From the NCBI RefSeq assembly GCF_024521635.1, contig NW_026250435.1, positions 62,001 to 126,000 of the forward strand: a DNA stretch of 64,000 bases, read 5' to 3'. The notes under the pieces were generated by a model. That model was given only the letters and a program-made list of their open reading frames with translations. It had not been told where the DNA came from and made no database searches. Below are positions 46,388 to 59,849 of this stretch, piece after piece; positions within the stretch are counted from its first letter, which is position 1; each line of letters begins with the position of its first letter. The position numbers were made by a program, and so were the translations under genes. The stretch comes from Tricharina praecox (lineage: Eukaryota).

Positions 46388-48783
46388 TTTTTGCGTTGAC
46401 TTGGGGGGAGCTAGTAATGTGGGAATCCGAGGAGTGATGTCAAGAGTTGTAATTTTTCCGGTGAAGTGAGGAGTCGGTAGTGGTTGTTGGCGGCGGAGAA
46501 GATTCAAGTCGAGGTTGCGGTTGATGGCGAGGAGCTAGCGGGGCGGCGTCGTTGAGTTATATATCGGGTGTCCTGTGTCAAGCAGCAAAGCAGAATCCAA
46601 CACCCAATAGTGGGGCGGGGGGGAGGAGCGGTATTTAGATAGGTATGGCGGCGGGGCCTAGCAGATACGATACACTCTAACACATGCACGAAGAATTCTT
46701 CGTTTTTTTCTGGAATGTTGGAGATGATGGTTAGATGCAGATAGGCGTGGCAAGGAACGAAGCGAATAGACGTGTTTCCTGACAGCCACCACCACCACCA
46801 CCAACACCAGCACCACCACCACCGATACCGACACAACCACCGCCGCCGCTGTGCGCTGTTTCTGTGCTTCGGATGCAGAGGCCGGCTTCGGAGAAACGTG
46901 TGTTAAGATCCCCTGTTCGGTGGGAGGGGTGTGGTGGATTATGGGTGGGGCTGCAGTGCTGATGGTGATGGTGGTTGGCAGAGTAAGCGTTAACCACTCT
47001 ATGTAACGTTGGCTAGCCGGCTGGCTGCATTGACGTGGCTGATAAGCGGACATCCAAGATCACTCGGTGGCCCAAGCGAGCCAACCAATGTGCGGCGGAC
47101 CGTTATCGAGCAACTCCCCGTTCCCCTTTCCCTTCCTTTTCCCCCTCTTCCTCCTCCTCCCCCTCACTTCTATCGACACCTGCGATTCTGAAACGTGGTA
47201 GGTCGGTGCGCAAATGACTGTCAACCCGTAAGATTTGTCGGAGAAGGGATTGGCCTAGCACGGGAGGGAGGGAGAGGATAGGTATCTAGAGTATCTTCAT
47301 ACCGGACAATCGGAGGTAAGCCGGCAGTTCCGGGAGCTTCGAATTGGCCAGCTATAAGTAGCCCTTCCGGGAATCTGTGTGTACCTTGTTCCAATGCTTG
47401 CTCCACTCCTCTTTCTCTCACATGCCAAATCTCCAGAGAATGGCCGGGGCCTGTCCGACCGTCTTCTAAGCTCTTCCTTGGTTTGTGTGGCCAATGGCCA
47501 TTGCTATTACCTATCGTGCCGATCTCTGTCTATCTATCTCAAGTAGATATCTACGCCGCCGCGCCTCGTCATTGGCGATAGATTGCGACAGACAGAATCG
47601 AAACAGGCAGGCCGCACAGGGCAGAAAAGGGACGCAACTACGAGTATTGATCCGGAGCACACGCTACACGGGCGACCGGTGGAAAGTTGAAACGACATCA
47701 CGCATCGCACATCACTCGGTCGGCTCTGCGAGTGCGCGATCGCGATCGGAAAACTGCATGCTGCTGTGAGCCTGAGACGCTGGCCGTGGGTTATTGGTCG
47801 CTGGTTCTCATCCGTGATCGATTGGTAGTTAGGTAATAACGGCTACAGGGCGTGGATGGACGACACGTGGGTGCAGCCTTACAAGACCACCCAGACTCTA
47901 CATAGAGTACTATGATATGTAGTGGCCGTGAAGAATTCGTCGGCTTTGAACCAGGCAGTCAGGCCGGCAGGCCGCAGGCGGATCGGGCCAATTATCGGCG
48001 GCAGTTAATTGTACAGTACATAGTACATAGGCGCGAAAGCGACGTAGACCTCTCATGTACGAGCTTCGGTACTAGTAACGATACATTCGCTGGCGGCTGG
48101 CACAGTGGCACTCAATCCCTGCCAAAGCTCAATCAATTAAACGATACTTCTTCGATTTATTACATAAGTAAATGCCATTAATCAGATTTCTTCTTCTCGG
48201 TCCTTGCAGGCGGCGGTGTCGATTAATTGTTGATTAATTGGTGATGAAGGACTGTACATGTGCTTGGATAGCGATGGTCCGAATGGCGCCCATCATGCCA
48301 CGCTTCAGGTATTTTCCAGTGAGCTGCCACGGAGCCCACAGCGCGCGCCGCTCAACTGCCCTCCATGCGCCACCTGAGTAGCAGCACCCAAGCAGCTACT
48401 CCAAATGCTTACCGATATCTCATTGTAACAAGTAATCCATTGCATTGCCTTCCTTGATAGTTACTTGTGTACTTGCCCAATACCTGTATGCATCGCGTCT
48501 TAGCCATGACGTTAACGAAGCCAGCCAGCCAGCCAGCCAGCCAGCCGAAATAGCCGGCGGGCCTCGGAGTCCGGAGTCGGGGGCGATCCGCCCGCACGAG
48601 CGGACTTACCCCACACCCGGCACCCCACACTCGCTAGAGTAGCAGCATACTCTACATATAAGCCCGCTGGGCATATGTGGCCCACCTAGATATCCCGACA
48701 TATTTCCCAACGGCCAGACACAGACAGCCAGACAGCCAGACAGCCAGACGAACCGACTGACAGAAGCAGCAGTAGCAGCAACA

Positions 48784-49924
48784 ATGAAAGCCATAGTCCT
48801 CCAACCCATCGCGCCCGGCAAGCCCGGCGAGATCTTCTACCCGTAATTAATCCCCTACGCCCGCCCGTTCCGCGCATGCTGACATCCGCAGTCTACAGAC
48901 GATCACCACTCCCACGCCGACCGCCGGTCCCGGCGAAGCCGTAGTCCGTATCGTCGCCGCATCGCTGAACCACCGCGACCTCTTCCAGCGGCGGGGGCTA
49001 TACCCGGGTACCGCGCCCTCAATCCCACTTCTCGCAGACGGGTACGGAGTAGTCGTAACGCCCACATCGAAGTTCTACCAAAAGGCGGTGATCATCAATC
49101 CGGCGCGGGGCTGGGCCTCCGATCCACGGGGGCCGGAGATCGGCGGTAGCGGCGGTGCGGGCGGGTTCGCAATCCTCGGCGGGACAAAGCACTACCGCAG
49201 CGGGACGCTGCAGGAGTTCGTAGCGATTAGCGAGGAGGAGCTGGTTAAGGCGCCGGGACACCTGTCGCCCGAGGAGGCGGCTGCCCTGCCGCTGTGCGGT
49301 CTGACCGCTTGGAGGGCCGTCGCGAGTAAAGCCCAGGTGGCTGCCGGCGAGAATGTGCTCATCCCGGGCATTGGAGGCGGGGTCGCACTGATGGCGCTGC
49401 TGTTTGCGGTCAAGAGGGGTGCCAAGGTCTGGGTTACCAGCAGCTCCAAGGAGAAGATCGAGAAGGCGGTCGCGCTGGGCGCTGAGGGAGGTGTCCTGTA
49501 TACTGGCGCCGCGTGGGAGAAGGAGTTGGCCGCGCTGCTGCCGAAGGATAGGCCCTGGCTCGATGCGGTGGTTGATGGAGCTGGTGGCGATGTGGTCAAC
49601 AAGGTCACGCGGATCATGAGGGACGGCGGACGCGTGGTGAGCTATGGGATGACGTTGGGTCCCAAGATGCCGTTTACGATGGGCGCGGTGCTGAAGAACC
49701 TCGAGCTGCTTGGGAGCACCATGGGCAGCCGACAAGAGTTCTTTGAGATGGTCGAGTTTGTAGCGGAGAAGAGGCTCAGACCGGTCATCAGCAGGGTTGT
49801 GAAGGGCTTGGATGAACAACAGCTCGAAAGTCTGTGGGAAGATATGGAGAAGGGACGGCAGTTTGGGAAATTGGTTATCAGAGTGGCCGAGGATGCTGAG
49901 GCGGAGGAGAGGGGTAGGCTGTGA
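48784..49924 (+). CDS. MDR-family (zinc-binding ADH-like / quinone reductase-like) oxidoreductase
   Basis: MKAIVL, intron 48843-48891, SLNHRD..GLYPG, AALPLCGLTAWRA, PGIGGGVA, GSTMGS, QFGKLV. Confidence 0.92.
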
Positions 49925-50857
49925 GCATATGAGCAGTACAAATAACGATATCCACGAGATTTATGAATGGGTAGAGTAGGAATATTAAGCAACAGGCATT
50001 GACACCTCATTGATGGTAGACCCGACCGAAGAAGAATGCATAAACACAGTACAGTAGGGGATGATGGAAGACATGACAGATAATCCGGCTAGCTCGAGAC
50101 ACGGAGTGATGGACATTGATCCGGAGTAGTAATGTGGGTACCGTACTAGGGTCTGAAGAAAACCCGCGAGCCTTATATAAATGCGGTAATATTGTTTTTA
50201 TTGCTTGATTTGTAACTTCAACAATGTTCCTGCTGCATTTGGGCATCGATCACTCGAAGTATCCGTCATTAAACGCAGGAGGACCTTCAGCCTGACGGGT
50301 GCTCGGCACGAGTGATCGTGGGTGAGGCTGAGCCGTCGTGCATAGCCCGGAGCCTTGTCTCTGTGGGGGGAACGCCGGGAAGCCGAGCTCATGACTACGG
50401 CTATTACATACCGGTAGTTATGACCCAGGAGCGGCATAACCCCTGCGCAAGTCGATCGGATAAAACCCAGCAATGAGCGGGCAAGTCATGTAACGAGTAA
50501 CGAGTGTTCAAGACATGCAATGCATGGACCACGGGGAAGCTTCTTGAGATATTATGAAGTAGAGTAGGTACAACAACCACAGCTTTTCGTTGAGAAAACA
50601 AAAGAAACAATCAGAAAAAGAAAACACAACAAGAAGTAACCACCCAATTCGCCCTGACTCCTGCCCCCGACAGACCAAAGTTTTTACCCACACCCCCTTC
50701 CCAATTCACAGTATTTACAAAACCAACACCAAAAGCAAAAGCAAAGCATCCCAGCTGGCCGAATGCTGCCATTCCCGAAATCCAGGACACGGACGAAACC
50801 CGTAGAATTATATGCCACCCAAAGAAAAAGCGAAGAAAACAAAACCCAGACGAGCAC

Positions 50858-51853
50858 TCAAAACGAAAATATCGGCAACCTCTTCGCCGCAAAATACGCA
50901 AAATACAGCGGGGCCACATCCCCACTCGGCACACCGATGAGATTCTCCGCCAGGCCAGCGAGAATCCAGTCGCTATACAGCGCGGCGATGAGTCCCAGGG
51001 TGAGCGGGACAACAAACAGCCTGAAGCCAGCCTTCTGGCCGCGGTCGATATAGCAGCAGCTATACAGGGCCCAGACGGCGAGCATGACGACAGCGGCGCC
51101 GCCGCACACATACGTCGTGATACGCACCGTCCAGCTCTCGAGCCACGCCTCGCGCACCAGCGAGATCAGCCCCGCCAGCCCCACGACCATCCCGAGAATG
51201 TACAGCACCAGCCACCAGATGGCGCCGCACAGCTCCTTCTGCGAGTACTCGTGGACGGAGCGTTGGCCGTCCGCCGGCCGCTGCTTCTCCGAGGAGTGCC
51301 ACTGCGCGACTAGCACGGAAACGTGCAGGCTGAACGCGCCCAGGGAAATGCTCAGCAGCGCTTTCCACCCCGCGATCAAAAGGAACTGCCATCGCTGCTG
51401 ACAGCGGATCATGGTGAATACCGTCAGGACCACGCCGCCGAGCAGCGCCGACGCCGCGAGGAGGATGTCGACCTTTGGAGACTGAAGTATTCGCCATGGA
51501 CGTAGCGGAGACCGCCCGAACGTGAGGATACCGATCGTGTACCACGTCAGGACGTGCGAGATGGTGCCGATCAGGCCGTACGGAAGGGCGTAGCAGGCGA
51601 TCTCCGAGTTATGGGACATGTCGTTGCCCCGGTCGGGGGCCATGTCCCAGAGCCAGTCTGGAATGCCGTGGCCGGTGTCCGCTGGTGCTGCATTGGTTGT
51701 TGGGAACGATGAGGTGGTTCGCGAGAAGAGGAAGAAGAGGAGGAAGAAGGAGATCGAAGTGAGCTGTGGCGGGTTGCACGAAATTATTATTGATGGATCC
51801 CAACCGTTCGGTGAGGGAGGGCTGCGACCAGTTCTTAAGTTCACGTCCAGCAT
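50858..51853 (-). CDS. Multi-pass membrane protein of unknown function, paralogue 1 (start uncertain)
   Basis: Colinear with the 54054-54944 protein (ADTGHGIP, EI.CYAL.YGLIG.ISHVLTWYT, YSDW.LA..A.N..G.PSGDVA..YF.YFA.KRLP..SF). Confidence 0.75.
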   Translation of the reverse strand: MLDVNLRTGRSPPSPNGWDPSIIISCNPPQLTSISFFLLFFLFSRTTSSFPTTNAAPADTGHGIPDWLWDMAPDRGNDMSHNSEIACYALPYGLIGTISHVLTWYTIGILTFGRSPLRPWRILQSPKVDILLAASALLGGVVLTVFTMIRCQQRWQFLLIAGWKALLSISLGAFSLHVSVLVAQWHSSEKQRPADGQRSVHEYSQKELCGAIWWLVLYILGMVVGLAGLISLVREAWLESWTVRITTYVCGGAAVVMLAVWALYSCCYIDRGQKAGFRLFVVPLTLGLIAALYSDWILAGLAENLIGVPSGDVAPLYFAYFAAKRLPIFSF

Positions 51854-52324
51854 GGAGCACATATGCATCTGAACCTGCGATCGATGAATCAAAACCAACC
51901 CGAATTCCCAGGCTCCGCCGTCCTCGAATCTCTTCATATGCATCAACCATTGGGCTGAAGCACAGCCTAGCCGAACAGGCAACAAAGTGTCTTGGTGGGA
52001 ACTCAGCCGCACTGTTTCCCGCAGCGACCGATTCCGTTTTTTCCTTTTTCTTATCTCCTTTTTCCGCGGCGTGCCGTCAAATCGCATCACATCGCATCCG
52101 CCCCGTTCAATTCTTCACATCACGGGCGTAGTCACTGCACAGTGCGCACGCGCGTGTGGCGTCCGTTCCGAGACAATGCGCAATGCAGGAGGCAGGACGT
52201 CTACTATGATACATACAGGAGAATCCTGCATCCAGCCCCATCATCAGCCTCACTATCACCAGTGACCAACTGAGTGCTTGCGGACGGGAGCAAGAGCGAG
52301 TGCAAGCAGAGACGAGAATGAGGC

Positions 52325-52361
52325 GGTGGTGGTGGTGGTGGTGGTGGTGGTGGTGGTGGTG
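52325..52361 (+). repeat. (GGT)n microsatellite
   Basis: About 12 perfect units. Confidence 0.95.
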
Positions 52362-54053
52362 GGTAACCTGAGGCGCTAGAAGTCGGGGCAACCAATGCCG
52401 CGGAAGCGGGGTGTAGGTTGTACAGCTTAACACAGTAAGAGACCCCGCTAGTCAATTGTTCGTCGCTTCGCACCAGCTTCAAGATGCCGATGCCGATGCC
52501 GATGGATGCCTCGTGGATGGATAGCTACCGAAGTACCGGTAGTTACGTATCGCTGTCCGCAAAGCCATCGTACTCTTTCGTTCTTCTTACAGTGGATTGT
52601 GCGCACAGTATTGAAAAGACTGACGCAAGAGTTGGGCACGATACTATGATAGTAACTGACGAATACACGTCATACCTCTAGATTACAAAAGGCGGGATCT
52701 ACATATGATCCCAGGAGGTAACTGCATGTCAGGCGTACTTTAAGGTTGTTGCCTTGAGTGCTTACTCAACTCACTGCTTACTTGGGTCGTAGTCGAAGGC
52801 TTTACCATGGTCTCGGGGAGATGCGGGGGATAGTATGGGGGGCTGTTACCAGAGCACCTAGCAGTGGGCTGCGACTCTCGGAGTTATGATGCTACGGGTG
52901 GTACAATGTCTGGGTTCGCAACGTCACAGTAGGCGGCTGACGAAACGCGAATGGCGACCGCATGAACGCCTGCTGAAGTAATGCGGGAACATTCTCGCCG
53001 ACCAAGCGAGCTACCTACTATCCCAAAACATATCTGATCCGGAATGATCCTCGACGGTGTGTTCTGCACTCACTCGAGAAACCCTTACATATGGGAGATG
53101 AGAGTATCAAGTATGTGACAGAAAAGCAGGCGAAGCTGTTGCAGCATATCTCGGAATTTACTATGATGCAGTAAGGCGGTATTCGGGGTATTTGGAATAC
53201 GGTATTTTATCGCCGGTCGCCCCGATGCCGCATCGAAACTGGCAATAGGTACCGACTTGCACTTGGGGCGTGTTCGGGTGCCAGCTACATTTCTCAAACC
53301 TGGGGTTCGGACCAGTTGGAGGTTACCAAAGCTGCAGCTGTAAACTCGCTTTTCCGGGCCCCCGATGACCCGTTCGGCAACCTAGATGTTCAACAGCACG
53401 CCACACTTTTTATGTGAATTGTGGCTCAGTCGACAATATGCAGTTTCTCAAATCGTTAACTTTAGGTGGTGTGCCGAACGCCCACCCATCTGAGGGGCTC
53501 AAACTGCACCTCAATTTTGTGGATGAATACCGTACTCGGTGATCACTGATGGCAGAGGTACTGCCCGATCGGTCACCGCTGACTTATCAACAACTCTCGA
53601 GTCTCGGGCCGGGATACCAAGCAACCAAGATATCATATAACCTCATATCTAGTAGCGTAGCCCACCAGCCCTACTTACCCAGGCCTGGCCCCTGAGATAT
53701 TTCGTCCCGTAGCATTCAGCCTAGGATGGCGCATGGGACTCCCGTCCCGCCTCGTCCCGTCCCGTCTCGTCGGCAGCCCTATAATCTATTTACTACACAG
53801 AAACACCGATCGTAGCGTACGTGGATACGGTGCGGTACTGTATCGATGGCATGAATACCCATTACCGCTTCCTGCTCTCCGATAGCCTCGAGTGCAAATC
53901 GATACCAAAAGAAAAGAAAATAAGGTGAAAGAAAAGAAAAGCACTCCAGCCAACCGACTGCTTCCATCCGCAAAACCCAGAGAACGCACGAATTCCAGTA
54001 CTCACTCACTTCTTATCCACCAGGCAACGAAAACGAAAACGACAAAGAAAAAC

Positions 54054-54944
54054 TCAAAACGAAAGGGTTGGCAACCTCTTGACAGCAAAATACAGAAAAT
54101 AGAACCATGCCACATCCCCACTAGGCTGGCCGGTAGGATTATCCGCCAGCGCCGCCAGCGCCCAGTCGCTGTACACAGCGGCGACCAGGCCCAGCGCCAG
54201 CTGGAAGATCAAATTCCTCGGGTCCCTTGGCATGTCGCGAAGTTTGGGGCACCATCTCGATGCCGCCCATAGTCCTCCCACGAGCACGGCCGCCCTGCCG
54301 CAGATGAACGTCGTGCGCTGTACAGCCCGATTATCCGGCCACGCCTCGCGCACCAGCGAGAGCAGGCCGAACAATCCCACCAGCATCCCGAGGATATACA
54401 TCAGCAGCCACCACCTCGCGGCGCTAAGCTCCTCCTGCGGGATGCTCGCTCCACCGCCGCCCTGCTTCTCCCGCGCGAACAGCACAGCCACGTGCATACT
54501 CAGCGCGCTGAGGGAAATGCTCAGGCACACCTTCCACGCAGCGACGAGCACGAACTGCCAGCAGCGGACCATGGTGAAGACGGTGATTAGCGAGGCGGCG
54601 AGCAGCCCCGTCCCCGCGAGCAGCATGTCGACCCGCGGAGACTTCAGTTCCCGCCACGGACGCAGCGGAGACCGCCCCATGATCAATGCGCCGATCGTGT
54701 ACCATGTCAGCACGTGCGAGATGCTGCCGATCAGCCCGTATTGCAGCGCGTAGCACGAGATCTCAGAGTGATGCGACGTGTCATTGCCCCGGTCTGGAAC
54801 TGCATCGCTGACCCAGCCCGGAATGCCGTGGCCTGTGTCGGCGGTGTTGGTCGATGGGAGGGACGAGGCGGTCCCGAGGAGGAGGAGGAAGATGAAGATG
54901 AAGAGTGTACTCGACAGGAGCTTTGGTGGATTCGACGACATCAT
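54054..54944 (-). CDS. Multi-pass membrane protein of unknown function, paralogue 2 (296 aa, signal peptide)
   Basis: Hydrophobic N-terminus and about 7 hydrophobic segments; paralogue 3 kb away. Confidence 0.8.
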   Translation of the reverse strand: MMSSNPPKLLSSTLFIFIFLLLLGTASSLPSTNTADTGHGIPGWVSDAVPDRGNDTSHHSEISCYALQYGLIGSISHVLTWYTIGALIMGRSPLRPWRELKSPRVDMLLAGTGLLAASLITVFTMVRCWQFVLVAAWKVCLSISLSALSMHVAVLFAREKQGGGGASIPQEELSAARWWLLMYILGMLVGLFGLLSLVREAWPDNRAVQRTTFICGRAAVLVGGLWAASRWCPKLRDMPRDPRNLIFQLALGLVAAVYSDWALAALADNPTGQPSGDVAWFYFLYFAVKRLPTLSF

Positions 54945-55354
54945 TGCTGGTGATGTCTACCGTCAGAGGTGGCGGCAAGACGACTTTAAAGGCGATATCC
55001 AGGCACCGTTGTGTCCACGGCAAATCCTACTCGGTACCGAATTAGCAGGGCTGATCTCGATCTCTCGTATTCATCAACCTGGAGGAACGCCTTAACTAAG
55101 CAGACATCGTGAGTTGACTTGTTGTGCGCACAGTGAGTCAGCTCCGCCCGTTCCCCGTGGGTATATCCTTTTCCGGGCCGTATGTTCTAATCCCATTCGT
55201 CCCACCGCTCTACTGCGCACGCGTAGTGGCTACCTAGGTGAAATGCATAATGTATGAAGGAGGTATGTACGACGGCCTATAGTTAGATTTGTGCGTTCAG
55301 CCTCACCAGTCCACGACCCCACGTCACCAACAGCGAGCACTGCATAAGAGGGCA

Positions 55355-55700
55355 AACGGAAGGGAAAGGACGAGGAAGAAGCATTGGTAATTGAAGCTCC
55401 CTCACTCCATTCCTCCCTCCATCCCCTGCCGGGCTTAGAAGGTTGCAAATATAAGCTCCGTAACTGACAGCGGGCAGAAGCAGGCGAACTGACGGGAAAG
55501 GACGAGGAGGAAGCATTGGTATTGATTCTTCCTCTCAGCATTCCTCCCTCCCTCCCCTGCTAGGCTTAGCAGTGCAAATATAAACTCCGCAACTAGCAGC
55601 TTGCAGAAGCAGGTGAACTGATAGGAAAGGACGACGCGGGTCGCATTACTCCCTTCCTCGCTCCCTAGTACCTATCGGGCTTAGCCATGCAAATAACCCA
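55355..55700. repeat. ~130-bp tandem repeat, ~2.5 diverged units, followed by CCCATAC heptamers
   Basis: ggaaaggacga.g..g..gcatt...ggcttag..tgcaaata..ctccg.aact..cagc..gcagaagcagg.gaactga recurs. Confidence 0.8.
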
Positions 55701-58700
55701 TAACCCATACCCCATACCCCATACCCCATATCCCGTCCTGTTGCAAATCCTATCCCACTGAATTGACGTTGAGGCAACCAACCAAACGTCCCTGTATTCG
55801 AAGCCGGATGCTCATGCAGCTCGATCAAGCAACCCCCTCGCCGGGACTTCCGGAGCCTGATCTGCTGCGAACAGCAGCCTCCCTTCGCCGTAACCCGTTA
55901 AGGGGCAATCCCTCGCCCGGCCCCCTAACCAAAAGGGATACGGTTGAGCTCAACACGGTATTGGTGTGTGCACTGTGCACTGTGCATAGTATGGTTTAAG
56001 TAGTGACTGCCTAAGTAGGTAGTGCCTCTAGAACTAGCAGAGTTTTAGTAATATTTCAGGGCTGCTCAGGGGTGGCTGTGTAGGTGGGGAAAGGTTGGTT
56101 GATTGGGAAGAGAGGGTCGAGGACCCGAAGTCTATCTACCTCCGTGCATCCGTCGTCACTCGGGCCTATCCACAACCCTACCCTATCTACAACCCTACAG
56201 GCTGCCCAAGGCCTTGAGCAAGCAGATGAAAAGCTAAACTTGCTGCCACTTATTTCTCGGGACTCCCGGGAAGGAGGTAGGTACGAGACTCAGGTCTGCA
56301 GGCTCTGCCAAGCGTGGTGTCGCAGACTCGCAGATGTAAATACCGGAGATGAAGTGTTCGCAGAATCGATCATAGGCGGGCTAGCTGGGATGCAAGCAGA
56401 ATATTGGCAGTTGCAGTGAGCACATTGGGAATGTCCTAACTCCTCGCCGATCGACCCTTTACTAATATGTTGATATGTATAGTAGTCCTCATTATTGACC
56501 TAACGAATGATCCAGCTGCGCCTCAGTTCTCCTGCGCCTCAGAACTCAGACATCTTACGCCTCTGGCCTGCGTCAATAATTCATATGCCGTAACAATGCG
56601 GTTGATGCTAGAAAAAAAATCTTTTCGGAATCCCGATCTGGATGTGCCATTGAGGCTGCGGGTTCGGTTTTCACCCCCTATTTGGTTGCCGTAAGTACCT
56701 AGGTGGGAACATTGGTACACGGGTACATTGGTAAATTGGTACATACTGTTCCAAAATTATTTTACCAACAGCAGCGGAGCGACTCTCTCGTGGGAATTAG
56801 AGCAATAAGTACCAAGTACCAGAAATCCTACCGCTTTAAACCCGGGCAGCGCCAGCACAGCACCGCCAACACTGCCCTCCACCCTCTCCCCGCACTCACT
56901 CGCACTCACTCGCACGAGTGCACGCCGGAGCCTCTTCGGTAGCCCGCAAGCTGCCATTGGCCAGTAGCCACATATGCATCTACCTCCTCTCAAGAGTTAA
57001 GTCGCAACCCCGGTCTAGGCTAGAGCTTGTGGCAGGATAGGGGGCATTCTCCAGTAAAAAAAACGGTGTTTCCTGCTGGACGGATATTGCTATTGGATGT
57101 ATCAGGAGGTGAAAAACGTGTATTCTGCCAACCGTGCTGATACTACATCATACTGGATATGTTACCAACATTTTGCCTAACATATGGTACATAGCACAAT
57201 AGCACTACTACATTTTATACCCCCTTGTAGTTAATAGTGTATTGAGATAGAAGAGCAGTCGAGCGACATATGTTCAGTGCGGCACACGTTCTCACTCGTA
57301 TGCCGAGTGCGGAACCATGACCTGCTCACTAGTGAAAACTGTGTCAGCCATAGGAGGCGGAGGAGGCTGTAGCCTCGCCGGGTTCGTTGATGTGCCACCT
57401 GCTACCAGCTAGTTCTCCACCGGAATATTCCTTCGGATCTTCGATGTGAGGTGTGGTCGCGACTCGCGAGGACAGGGGTGCTGCCGGCTGTGACTTAGCG
57501 TCGGGTGGCGCCATATATTCTCCGCTCCGCCGTGATAACCCGCAACCGGGCTGCTATATATGTATGGAGTAAAACGTGGATGTGCCCGGCGGCCGGTCCG
57601 CTGTCTTGGATTTTCTTGTTTCATGGTTTTTCGGTGGAAGACAGTGATCACAATTCATCGTGCATCACTCAGCGGTGAGTGATACTCTATGCAACGTCTT
57701 GGGGAAGAGTGAGATGGAGCCGTCGGATTCGCTGCATTGGACATGTCACATCCGAATCGCGTCCTCTGTGAAGACTCTACGTGTTAGATCCCGAAGAGTT
57801 CATGGTGCCAGGGCGAGAATTGAAGCGTTGACGACGGTTTTATCTCAACGGAGGACTCACCACCGATATACTAGTAGAATGGCCCTTCGCGGTGGTAATG
57901 GGCATGGAGGCTTGCGGACGAGTAACTTCCGACTCGAACACGATTTCCGCAACATTCGCTTCGTCCCAGCCTCCCAGGGAGACGAGCCACTGACGAATCA
58001 AAATAGAGCACGAGGACAAAAAAAAAGGTAGTCCTCTATGTACTACCAGATAAGAGGTACGTAGTACATACAAGGAGAACGAGGAAAAGGTTTCGAAGGA
58101 GTTGAACTCTGAACTCTGAAGGGAGCAATTGGACACGAAGCGTGTCCTTTCACGAGAGACCAGCCCGCGTGATATGTACCTACAGGCTACAAGTCTTAAC
58201 CTTTCAGCATACGTTTAACATTTTAGCATACGTATCCAAGCTTCCCTGAAAGCTGAAGACGGGGGTCTTAAAGGACTGGAGTGGTCCGACGATCTGCCTG
58301 GTAAAGTCTGTACCCCGCTGAACGGCCAAGGGATACACTGAAAGCCGAGGCCCTCTATTATACATACATGCCCACGGATGCTATTAAGGTTAACATGGAA
58401 CGTTGTTGACAGGGAACGTTCGACATGGAACGTTTGACATGGAAGTTTGAAATGGAAGTTTGAAGCCTGCAGTCAGACGCAACGACAGATGGTGCGTACT
58501 CTAGCTTAGATAGAGACTCGAGCCAAAGCAAGCCCCGCGAGGTGCGGGGAGTATTTCGATTTCCTAGGATGGCAGTGTTCCGACATGCGCAGAATGCTTA
58601 TTTAGGTATTCTTTTCTACGTACTACATAGCAAAGTATATAGAGAGCTTTGCTCTCTAGCGGATACGCTACTATTACTACTATTACCTACTAGTATCGAG

Positions 58701-59780
58701 ACGAATCACCAAACAACAATCCGCTATCCATTCACGCACTCTTTATGCAGGCTTCCACGGTTCCGTCACTTGCGGACCGGGGAGCTCGGACGGGCCGACG
58801 GATTTTCCTTATTTTCCCCCGCTTAGTCATGACAGGCTAACGGACGACGCCGACACCTCCACCTCCAGGCGGCGTTTGCCGCGAACGAGTGATGGCGTGA
58901 GTAGGTACATGCGGGAAGAGAAAAGATGATCCGAGTGGTTTCCCCCACAATTCGGACGAGCGGAGTCGCTCCGTGACGGCGATGGAGGCCTAGGCAGGCG
59001 GATGAGCGGATGATTCGCTCTGCCGAGTGCACTGCTGGAGCCCCATAGGATAGGCAGCGTTCGGACGATATGGCGGTAGGTATGCACTTACTCTAGGTAC
59101 GGCATGTACGATACTCGTGCTCGGCCACCGTCATGATTCATCATCGGCATCAACAGCCGCGCCGCCAGAAAAGCCATCTGTGCGACTAAGCGTATTTTCG
59201 GAGACGGCGTCGAGAGTCAAGACTCAATCGTGCATATCGCATGGCTGTCGCGTTGGTGCTGGGTTCCTTCTGCAGACTGCTGCATCGCGAAAAAGAAAGA
59301 GGGGAGAAAAAGAAGAAGAAACAGAGAAAAAGAAAAACCCGTCGCATAGAAAACCGTCGGATTACCTACCGGTGCCGTACCGTACTTGCTTGATTCCCAC
59401 CACAGCCAACCATGGAATTCCCTCACGCTGCACAGTCCCGCGTTTCCCCGCACGCCTTCCCTCCACCTTCCACTCTATTTAGCAGCTGTTGTCAGCGCAG
59501 ATCATGTCTCATCCAGCCCAGCGGCGGCAAGTCCGAAGATTCATTCACGCTTGCATCCAAGATTCCCAGTACGCACGCGGCCTGCACTGCCCGGACCGTT
59601 TAACCGGAGCTTGGCTGACGTCGGCATTCCAAGCGCGTCCGCTGCGATTCCCAGCTTTGGACTGACGGTGAGACCGCGCACCAGCAACCACGGCACATGA
59701 ACATGATGAACATGCTGAACACCGAATTCAGCACACTGCACAGTGCACACCCTCCTGTTCAGCCCCCCGTCACTCCTTGC

Positions 59781-59808
59781 AACCACCAGCACCACCACCA
59801 GCACCACC

Positions 59809-59839
<31 letters not shown>

Positions 59840-59849
59840 CCACCACCAC
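59781..59849 (+). repeat. (CAC)n microsatellite with CAG interruptions
   Basis: Visible directly. Confidence 0.95.
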
